A stretch of DNA of 64,000 nucleotides. Source: Mytilus californianus. Taxonomy: Eukaryota. Both the position numbers and the translations under genes were made by a program. The stretch lies in NCBI RefSeq assembly GCF_021869535.1, contig NW_026262582.1, positions 3,224,001 to 3,288,000 on the forward strand, in the 5' to 3' direction. A model generated the notes under the pieces. That model made no database searches. It had not been told where the DNA came from and saw nothing but the letters and a program-made list of their open reading frames with translations. Below, one piece after another: positions 41,801 through 53,800 of this stretch (positions are counted from its first letter, which is position 1; each line of letters starts with the position of its first letter).

Positions 41801-44800
41801 GTATATCGTCAAGTTTTCGGAATTCAAATGGGAACTAACTGTGTACAACTAATTGCGGGCCTGTTTCTGTATCGATTTACAATCAATCACTAAATTCAGC
41901 AAATACCCATCGAAACATAATTTGATAAAATAATTTAATAACACTGTTAGATGTTTGGATGATATATCATGCCTCATTCAGGACGACTCTTCATGCTATA
42001 GTATGTACACTAAATATATTCATCCTGCTGAACTGAATTCAAATAAAGTTCATACGAACAATGAACACTGAACATTTTTTATCTTTATATTTACATCCAT
42101 TACGGCAACATTAATTATTATTACACCATAAATTTAAGATAAAATAAATCTCACTAAACCTGTTTAACCCCGCGCATTTATGGCTTGTACTACGCCATAA
42201 GCCTCTGGCCTTTTTAAGTCTTGAATTTTTTTTAAATTTTTGTTCAATTATATTTCGGAGTTAATGTGACGTCCATTTTCGTTGAAGTGGTACACATTTT
42301 GTAGAAGGGCTATCTGAGGTGCGCCTCCGGATGCAGGATTTTCTCGCTGGGTTGAGGATCCTTTGGTGACCTAAGACTGTAAATGTGCTCTTTTGTCGAG
42401 CTGTTGTCTTCTCAACACATTCCGCGTTTCGATTCTCAAATTTGTTAACTCATTCTAGAGTTAACTTTATTTAAGGGCCTGTCATAAAGTAAACATTCCG
42501 GGCTGTCGTTAGATCGAATCTGCTTACATATAAGGTATCCGGCTTTTTATAGATATCCTATCTTGAATGGTACTTGTGAGATTTTGATATCGCTTGATGT
42601 ATTCTATCTTGGTATAATAAAATACTCGCCATTGACAATTTGATTATTACTATAATCATTATTATTATTTTTTTTTTTATTATTACTATCATCATTATCA
42701 TTGTTAGTGCTATTATCATCACTATTCACGAGTATCTACTGCGCTCAATTCTGTACTATTTAGACAATACGCTTGCAGTCAATGAAGGTCTGTTCGGTTT
42801 ATATTCAGATTGTTAAGTACTTCTTATTTACATGTACACATCAACAGCATACGGGATTGTCTGAAACACAACTGGACAGTAATGAATTGACTATAAGCAA
42901 ATGTTTTGCACTGATATTAATCGCAGTGAATAAGTCTGCAAATTAAATGAAAAACAAAAACTATATGACTAAATGACTTAATATTCACACTTCCTGGATG
43001 AAGTTTCAATTTCAAAATTATTGTTAAAGACACAAATGTATTTCACTTATTTGTATAGAATTCCGTTTAGTGATATTCATGTGCGAAATTGGTAAGATAC
43101 ACCTATACATTTGTAAGAGTGTAAGATTTCCAAAATGAAATTGATACTTTTATAAAGGTGTCGTCAAGGCGTAAACAGATAAAAAAAAACTAAAAAGTTA
43201 TTTAACTTACTTTCCGATTTTATCTTCACCGTTAGTTCATTACACCCTTTTTTGTTGCAAGCTTCTATTGTATAATCTGTAAAGTCTTCTATTTTATCAA
43301 ATGTCAGTTGGAATGTTATCTTTATACAAGCCACTGTTATGTTTACACCATAGACAATGTCCTGTATTCGAATCATCTCCTGTATTTCATGTGCATTTAG
43401 ATACTTAATCCGTTTTGATAGGTTTGTTTTTAATTTGCCATACTTATTGTAAACTAGCACTGTCAAGTTAATTTCTTTACCATAACGACCGATTTGAGTT
43501 TGCTTATTTGAGTTCACAAATGACGGTGGAACTAAAATAAAATTAATAGAGAAGATTACCATTTTATTATTTTAAACTGACATTTTTCCTGCTATTTGGT
43601 CGGGTTGTTGTTTTTTTGACTCCGTACCCGTTTCCATTCTCAATCTTATTTGTCAGAAATAATATGAAACAAGCTCGCCATGGCAAGCTGATATTCGAGT
43701 TGGGGAAGTCAGTATAATTAACTGAAAGGCTATTATTTGTTGCATCGGCAATTATTCTTAACTCTATGAAATGTCTTTTGAGAAAACAAAATGAACAGCA
43801 ATGCTGTCAATAGAACTATGTAACGCGTAAACACGTGATGATAATTGTTCGGTTGTATGACTGAATTCGGCAGCACATCGTTTCATCCACTATTTCCTAT
43901 AATTATACCATTTAATTGTTTTATGGTGTGATATTCAATAAATACATTTGATATTGGGTGATAAAGCTGTACGACTTGAATATTAACTGCAAGCATGTTA
44001 TCATCAGTTTCATCACGGAAGACCTTACTGTGACGTTGAGTTGAAGAACAAACACAAGGAATTGATTCTTCGCAAACTTTATATTTCAAGTACTTCATGA
44101 CAGTTTGTATTATTTTCACATGTTTCATGTAACACAATACATTTTTGTAACGGCATATATTCATTGAAAGTTTATATTGATGCATGCTGAAGACCTAGTA
44201 GGGAATAACATGAATGACATTTCAAAACAACTAACAAACATTTAAAAGAAATATAAGTTCGTTTGATTCATATAAAAATGTTTTCCATACGTTACCTTTA
44301 TTGTTTATGAGAACTGATCCTTTCTGATATAAGCGTCCATTTGTACCATTTATACCGTTGGAAGTTTTGCATTTGTAAATGCCGTCAATTTCGTTTAACC
44401 GGTTGTCAGTGGTGTATTTCATTCTAAGCGTACCGTCAGGTGTCCCCTGAACATTTCGAATATGTTCTTTGAATTCAGACCAGTGTTCCCAATCCCCAAA
44501 AGTATAATTTTCAGGGTTTCCGCTCGGATTGCAGATAAGTGTTAATTTGTTTTTCGTTAGTTTGCGTCTTATTTCAACAACTGGAGAATCTGTAAAAAAA
44601 ATCTTAAGTAATTGTTCAGGTAAATATCTTTATGACAGCAACTATTTAAAGTTATATTTTACCTTTCATGCTTAAAATAAAATATCAAAAAAAAAGTAGT
44701 TGCAATGATATCGAGAAATATTTTGATGCTTTGAATTTAGAAATTTAAATTTTCTGTGGAAAAGAACCAAACATAATGCAAGGTATGGTGATTTTATGTT

Positions 44801-47800
44801 TGGAAAAAAAGAAGTAATATACAGAACATCGTCTCAGTCGAGCTGCACTTCAAACGTTAGATATGAACCCTCACCCAACGAAAAGCTAGAAAAATTTATA
44901 TACAGAGAAAACTAAAGATGTGTCTGTTAATCAGTTACGGCATTCATCGTTATCTGTGAAAATCTGCTGTTTTGTCAAAGCATTTGATAAACTAGCATGT
45001 TAAACTGATGACAGAGAATTTTATCCAAATAAAAAAAGAATGCAACGATGTTATATCACGACTTTGATTGGATGACAATATCGTAAAATTCTTCCTGTCT
45101 GTAACTAAGAAAGCCGATATTTTGAATTCCGAAATGTATTGACATATAATTTCTCCAATAAAGAGCAAAAAACTCACATTTTAAACCTAGACATCATCTG
45201 TTTACCAATTAATATTACAATCATGAAGCTTACAAGTAGCCAGAAAACTCCAGATGTTTACGTTTGAAGCCGGAAGCATACCTATGACGTCACATAGTTT
45301 AGGCGCCAACGAAGATAACATTAGTTCGCGGAATTTTCGTTTCATGAAGATTGTACGCTGAAATAATGACTAAATTCATTGATTTGTTTATTTTGCATCA
45401 GAATAGAGATACGCGTCGCCAGGTAAACTCAAACCTTTAAATACAATACAGTTATTTCTAAATTCTCTTGAATTGTTTTAAAATAACCTAGTATCAAAGT
45501 CATTTCTTCACTTACACACCCTCATGCAATGTTGACCCGTGATGAATTGTGCTATTCTTTGTTTGTCTCTTTTGATAATTTATGCCCTTATGTATTCATG
45601 AATTTATACATGCTTGAATTTCATTTTTTTTCGTATGAGCGTCTTGATGAACCTAATTTCAGGAAATTTCTCACGCACTAAATTTATAAAGTGCTTTATT
45701 GTGTTTTACACTAATGAAATTCTTAACAAAACACCTTCCATTTTAAGATAGGTAATTCGTATTTTTTTGCAATAATTTTTTTTAAGAAGTGACACGTATT
45801 TTCTTAAATAAATGTACATCTTCAAAAGACACTTTTCATTTAGAACCGTAAAATAATCTTGGAAACGTTTGGCAAACAAACGACGGCTAAACATGGCTTA
45901 CTTGTCTATTATACTTGTATCTCTTTATTTAAAGCATAATAGGTGGTCTTATACAATATATATTTATCTTGCATCTGATTTTTATTTAATGAACCATGTG
46001 ATTTCTTTACACCATTTGAACAATCTTGAGGCATAAGTTGACAAGGGACAGATACACCATGAAGAAAAGAAAAATGGTGAGAAAATCAACAGTTCAAAAT
46101 TAACATAGCGTAAACTTATCCTTTCAACAGAAAAACCTGAAAGAAAATCTCTAGAGAGCAGATTCTTCTGACCAAGTGAAGTAGCTACACATTTTACCTG
46201 TGTTAGTATAAACCTATAAGCATGATTACATATATATACTATTACATATATTATGCTATTACATACGATTAACGTTTTTGTCGGTTTGTGATACATAAGA
46301 AAATGATAAAAATAATTTATTCTTTCGACTATCGATAACAATTACATATTTAACCATGTCTTACAGACTCTTAAAAAAGACAGCATAAAATTATATCTGT
46401 TTTGTTGTTTAAATGCAAATAACAATTTAGGCTGACAAACTCAGTATTTCAAACATGACTACAAAATGAAAAACCTCGATAAAACATAGTTTCGCTGTAT
46501 ATAACTAGCTCACTCACATTTATTACAAATTCGTTCAATTATTGAAAATTATTTTCTACGAACAATAGAATTGTATATACCTTATATATCCATACAAAAA
46601 CAAAATATACTTATTTTGAGCCACTGTGAAAGCTTCTATATATGAATTTTGACCGTGACAAGAGGTATGGCTTGCTTTTTAAATGATTACAAAAATGACT
46701 ACGGCGTTTATGTTATTCTAATAACGGTACCAACTATACTGTATTACATGCATAAGACCACAATATTTTAAAATCTCAAACAATACAAACATTGAAGAGC
46801 TAACAAAAGCAATAAAGGACCTAAACTATAGCCAAATGTGGACAAGGATTCAGAGTTTTGCATAAAGGAATTATATTCCTTTATATTACAAGATTTCCAA
46901 AAAATTCAACAGAAAATTAGATTGAAACAATATTTGTTTTTATGCAGGTATCCAAGTCCTGGCTGTCAATATTTTTTTACCAACATGCAGTTTGGTCAAC
47001 AGAAATTATTTCGCTTTGTCACAAATATTATAATTTTGAATGATGTTTAAGAATTGAATTGTTTTGCGAAACACTATGCATGATTGACGATTTTGTTTCT
47101 GTTCGATAAAGAAGTTTATATTGCACATGTTTCATATGTTTTATGGAATCATTTTATCAGACGAGGGCTACAAAATACCATGTTTTCTTAATGTTTGCTG
47201 AAAATACGAACGGTCATTGTTAAAATTTGCATTTGAGTTGACGGTAAATACACAGAATTCCATTTCTGAAGACCTTGCAAAACTAAAATTACTGACAATA
47301 AGTTATCGTCCTTTGTAATTGATTTTCGTTGTCCACGAATATAGTCCCTAGTGTGGACAGTGAGTTACTAGCACATTTTTTTTATATCCCTTCCAGTTGA
47401 GTAGGTCCGGAAAGGTCCGATTTTGGCCTCAAAATTCAGGTTCATCTGATGAAAGATTTTGGACACTTTTTAAACACTTAAGTGTCTACTTCAGTCGATT
47501 CAATTAGTTAATGTGAGAAAGATTTGAACTGATTAAGTCATTAGAGACGGTCAAATCCAAGCATAAATATGAAAAATCTATCAAATATGTTATAATATAT
47601 CACTTTTCAGACAGTTTTTGTCAAAAATGAAAGTGGCCGCATCCGTGTTCAGCCTCAACCTTTATATATGTTATGTATTATCTTCAAATACAACTTACAT
47701 TTAGATATTAAGAATGAACACAAATGCGGCCACTTCCATATTTTGGGACCAAAAAGGGGTCGTAGTGGACCTACTCCTTTATTTTGTCATGTTTGATGCC

Positions 47801-50800
47801 TCAAAAAGCGAGTAGGGGGATAAAATTACACTGTAAAAAAATTGGGTCATGAATTTAAAAGTGAAGAAGTGATTTTGGTCCAGCTGAAAAAGGTTAAAAA
47901 TTAGCACTCCGATAGCTGTCAAAAGATTTCAAAACCCCCTTAACATAAAATTGTCCATATTTTGAGTTAGAGCAGATGAAGTTTTCTATAATTTTGATAT
48001 AATTTGTCCCAAAAGTAGTACAATACACTGTAAAAATATTATTGAAAAAGCGCAGGTGTGATTTTTTTAATTTACATTTATTGTCTAAAAGAAATGCACT
48101 ACGAAATAACTGTGGTCTCGGACCATAGAGGCTTCATGTTTTTTCTTTTCTGCATAGTGTGTGCTAGTTTAAGTATTCAATTTGACAAAATAACGTTAAA
48201 CAATCGAAAAAAGATACCTTTATTAATTATTTCAATACTAGTATGTATAATGCAGATTGCAACATGAAGGAAATACAACTTTTATTTATATTACTAACCA
48301 GATTTTGATTTAAAAGTTGTTAAATTCTAATAGGAGTTGAACGAAAAAAAGGGTCTCTATCTTTTACTTAAAGGTTTTTAATAATAATTTATATTTCCAT
48401 TCACCAAAAATGAAATTCTTCGCAACAGGTTACCGTTAACAAATGTCTTTTTTTTTAACTAAACTGCAAATGCTTCATATTTTATCAATTTTTGCATTAA
48501 ATGTCCTCGCTTGCCAACAATTTTGTATCCGAAAACTTCACCTGAAAATGTATACTTCCAATATAGATTTGGGTTTGGTTATCTATATCATTGTTGTACG
48601 TATTTAGGATTAAGAATTGAGGCATTGTATTATAATTAAAACCCAACAATACATATTGCTCTGTGATAATGTGAATTGTGGTTTAAATTTAGAGAAATTT
48701 TGAAAAAGACCCTCGTGCAAATTTGGGGAAGACTAGCTTGATCTCTTTATAACAGACACCAAACTATTCAAACTATGAAAATGTATATTCTCGATTCGTT
48801 TCAAAACAATACTTTAAAAAGTATTCATTTTAACTTTAATAACTAAACAATTAACTTACACTGAATATTCAAACGTACTTCACATGATAATGGATTCACT
48901 AGTAATGAACTGTAGGCAGAACAAGTAAATAATTGCATGTTGTCCAGTTTTGTTGGAATGAAGGAATATGTGATACGATCACTGCCCTTATTCGTAATAT
49001 TTGATCCATTTATACTCAAAACGAGTGTTTCTACAGGTGGTCTTCCACTTTTGACAACACAGACGATCGTTAGAATGTTTCCTTCGACTCCACGAACTAC
49101 TTTCGTTCCCTTTATCATTATTGATCCTTGTACTATTAAGTTAGAAGGTAAACCTAATGAATATAGAATGAATTATATTTAAAATAAAACAGCTAAATGT
49201 AATAAATGACGACATGCTTGTATATAATTCTTTAAATCCATTACAATTGATCCATGATGAATAGTTGGCTCATTGGCAATCATACCACATCTCTTTTTTT
49301 TTTTAATAAACCTAAATAAGGAAAGGTTCCAACCTACATGTACTTAGAATCAAAATGCGGACTTAAATCAGTATCCGAATTGATCACTTTGGCTTGATTG
49401 TCACGTTTTTATTTTTATTTCTCTGTCGCCACATTAGGGAAACTTATAACGGATTCAAGTGTGGGTAGTGATCCACCTAAATGTTTCACAAAGAAAAAAA
49501 AGACAACAACAAAAAAATAACGCATTGGTGGAAATCTATGTAAGTCATGTATTGGATTTTTCTACACAGAAAGAACTATGGTAAGTATGAGTAGCAATAC
49601 TCTGAAGATCTATTATGATTCGGTAAAAATCACCAAATTTGTGTTGCGTTTTTATAATTCGTCAATATAATACAAGTCATCTTATGTAATTATTTTGCCC
49701 TTTCTTATGACGGTTTGTCATACTTTACTCTCTACTTTTAAATGAACTCCTTCATGAAAATTCGATGTTGTTACTCTTTCTATATCCCTTTTGGTAATAA
49801 AAATAGAAAAACAAACAAAGGATATGAGAGTATCCCTCTATGATACAGCATCAGAACATGATCAGCAAAAACAATGGAAAGGAACGCCGCTTTTATTGCT
49901 GTTCTTCATATCAAATCACAGTTAGGCCTTCAACACGGAGCAAAAAAGTTCACCTTAGTAGAAGTTTAAGATTGCTAAAGGGCTGGTTGAGCGGAATTCT
50001 TTGCAAAATGATTTGAATAGACTTTTTGAAGATATATCACCACCAAATCGAGCCCGATCATCAAGAACATAATTACTGGAAAGGAGTACACATTTGAAAC
50101 AAATCATTCCTACGCATAGGTGTTCATATACAGCTATGTCGAATATGTTTTAGTTACAAAAGTATCAAACGAAAGGTGGAGGACACTGGTGATCCTTGTT
50201 CATGTTGTTGAAAACATATTTACTGATACTCTTGAATAATTCAAAAATGTATGAATAATTTTTTTAATAAAGGTCATATATTAATAATTCACCTGTATAT
50301 CAACATGTACATGGGGTATAAATTTCGTAACTTATTCGGAAATTCATGAATTTGCAGCTGCCACCCAGACTTTATAATACGTCTGAGCAGAAAGTTGGTT
50401 AACTAGGGTTATGTCAACGAACATCTCTTCCTTCTTCCTAAAAAGATCATCGGAGGATACCAAGACCTTGTTGAAAAATATTCCGTATCAACTTCAAAAT
50501 AATACATGATGGTCTTGAAGTATAGATTATATGTACGGACGTTGTTTATCATAATAAGGACGTGTCACAGTGCTCTTGTATTTGTCATTGTAAATTAATA
50601 ACCTTTACTCTTTTGTCCATTTTTGGTAATATCCTTATGACGTGGCTTGGAACTTATGCATCCCGCCAATGTGCTGTTGTACTTTGGTTTTTTTTTTGTA
50701 TTCTTGTCTTTCATGTTTGCTTATGTGCTTTGTCTATATTGTGTTTCTTTGTTGACATATCAGTTGTTTTTACAATGATTAAGATTATAACACAATGTTG

Positions 50801-53800
50801 ATGCTGTACCCCTATTTTTGACATTTTTTTACCTATTATGTCTGTTTGTTTTGTTCACACATTGTTTCCAATATAATGAAATTATATGTGACTGTCATTC
50901 AATTAACAGATTTAACTAGATATAAATACAGGTTAAATCAACCATGTTCTACATCAGAAAATGCATGTACCAAGTCAGCAATATTACTTTCCATTTGTTT
51001 GATGTGTTTGAAAAATTGGAAAGTCCCTTTGAGTACGTTTTCGTTTTATTTTACTTCTTTTTTTTCTTCGTTTTCCTGACTTGGTACAGGTATATCCGTA
51101 TTTAGAATATGGTAGATTAAACCTGGCTTTAAAGCTAGCAAATCTCTCAGTTGTATGACAGTTGCATAGAACCCCATTATATTGACAAAAAAGTGTGAAC
51201 AAAATAAACAAACATAATAGGTGAACATTTTAAAAATTAGTATACACCAGTCAACATTGTGTTATAATCTTAATCACTATAAACCAAACAACAATGTCAA
51301 CACAGAATTTCTAACTGGCATATAGACACTCTATAGACAAAACACACAAGCAAAAATGAAAGACATGAACACAAAGAATGACAATCAAGTGATGTATAAA
51401 TACATACCTATAGTCTACTTTATTATAACCTTTAATTCAAAACACTTGTATGAAATACGCAGATGTGGTTTAATTGACAATTAGACAACTATGCAGCAGA
51501 GTAAAAATGAAATTGGTGTACGATATCATGGACAACCGAACGGCCATCAAAGAGAAAAAAAAATCATATATTAAGCAGGTACAAAATGCAGCCGTATGAA
51601 AAAGATAAAACAATTCCAACGAGAAAAATTAACGGCTTTTCTAGGAACAAAACAGTTTAAGAAAAAAAAACAAAATTAACAGATATGAACCAACTACAAC
51701 CACTACACTACGAATTCCTGACTTAGAACAGATACATAAAGAATGTGGCGGGGCTTAACATGTGTGTGAGCACTAAAATTTCCGCATAACATGAGACAGT
51801 AATAGTACAACATGAGAACACACTGTAGAAATAAGTAGCAATGGATCAAAAGATTGGTAATTATTAGAAGAGAGTAAGGTAAATTATTACTATTTTAAAA
51901 AAACATCAGGTTAAAATGATAACGGAAATAGAATTTAAATAAAATCTGATCAATGTTTTCCCCCTGAAAATATGGCGTTATTTGGTACAAGGTAATCTAG
52001 TAGTCGTCTTGTTAAATTGCTCAATAAAGGCGTTGCGTATATTATATTTTGACAGAGTATCAAAAAAACAAATATCAAGAAACATAACTTCTTAGCATTT
52101 TAAGATCCATTTTATACATACACATTTGAAGCTTCTAACATTTCGCCGTATGTATTTATCACCTGACCTCCAAAGTTTTACTCTGTTTTTCTAAAATAAA
52201 ATTACGTAGTCTACATCAGGGGTTCCATTGTATCCTGTCCAGTAAACCTAGGACGATGTGGTGATCCGAAGCAAATTATTCATCGAGTGGCTATAACTCA
52301 TATATTGACACATTTGCTGTGTCAATTTATATATATATATATCTGGTATAGTTTTTACAAAAGCAAAAAATTGATAAAAAAAAAGTTGGCAACAATGTAT
52401 GTATGAGTAACTATTCAACTTATTTTGGCTGTTTCGTTGTTTTTTTTAAGTCATAAATTAAAACTCATAACAATACAAAAACAGGTTCGCAATAAGTGAT
52501 GCACAGTTAGTCCCCACTGTAATTCCGATAACTTGACAATATACGGAATCTCCAAAGCAAACAAAAATGTTATCAAGTAAAAATTCAAGGTCATTTATAG
52601 TATCAAAGCATGTTCAATTGACATAGCTCTATAGTTTGTTGCTACTAAAAAATGACCTGAAAGAGTCTTGAAGTATAGATTCTAGGTACTGACGTTGTTT
52701 ATCATAATAAGTACGTGTCACAGTGCTCTTGTATTTGTCATTGTAAATTAATAACTCTTACTGTTTTGTCCATTTTTGGTAATATCCTTATGACGTGGCT
52801 TGGTACGTATGCATCCTGCCAACGTGCTGTTGTACTTTGGTTTTTTTTTGTATTCTTGTCTTTCATGTTTGCTTATGTACTTTGTCTATTTTGTGTTTCT
52901 TTGTTGACATATCGGTTGTTTTTATAATGATTAAGATTATAAGACAATGTTGATGCTGTACCCCTATTTTTGACATTTTTTTACCTATTATGTCTGTTTG
53001 TTTTGTTCACACATTGTTCCAATATAATGAAATTATAAGTGACTGCCATGCAATTAACAGATTTAGCTAGATATAAATCCAGGTTAAATCAACCATGTTC
53101 TACATCAGAAAATGCCTGTACCAAATCAGCAATATGACAGTTACTTTCCATTCGTTTGATGTGTTTGAAAAATTGGAAAGTCCCTTTGAGTTCGTTTTTG
53201 TTTGATTTAACTTTTCTTTCTTCGTTTTCCTGACTTGGTACAGGTATATCCGTATTTAGAATATGATAGATTGCACCTGACTTTAAAACTAGCTAAATCT
53301 CTCAGCTGTATGACAGTTGCATAGAACTCTATTATATTGACAAAAAAGTGTGAACAAAACGAACAAACATAAAGGTAAAAATTTTAAAATTTAGTATACA
53401 CAAGTCAACATTATGTTATAATCTTAATCACTATAAAACAAACAACAATATCAACACAGAATTACTAACTGGCATATAGACACTCTATAGACAAAACACA
53501 CAAGCAAAAATGAAAGACATGAACACAAAGAATGACCATATTACAATTACACAATCACGTGATGTATAAACACATACCTATAATCTACTTTATTATAACA
53601 TTTATTTTAAAAAACTTGTATGAAATACGGAGATGTGGTTTAATTGTCAATTAGACAACTATGCAGCAGAGTAAAAATGAGATTGGTGTACGATATCATG
53701 GACAACCTAACGGCCATCAAAGAGAAAAAAAAATCATATATTAAGCAGGTACAAAATGCAGCCGTATGAAAAAAGTAAAACAATTCCAACGAGAAAAATT

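Noticed and set aside
9347-45020. Other CTGATGA matches (~9350, 26640, 35665, 38112, 39648, 45005) as hammerheads
   Set aside because: No helix II plus GAAA plus helix III/NUH arrangement; 26640 is simply the RT FADD codons.
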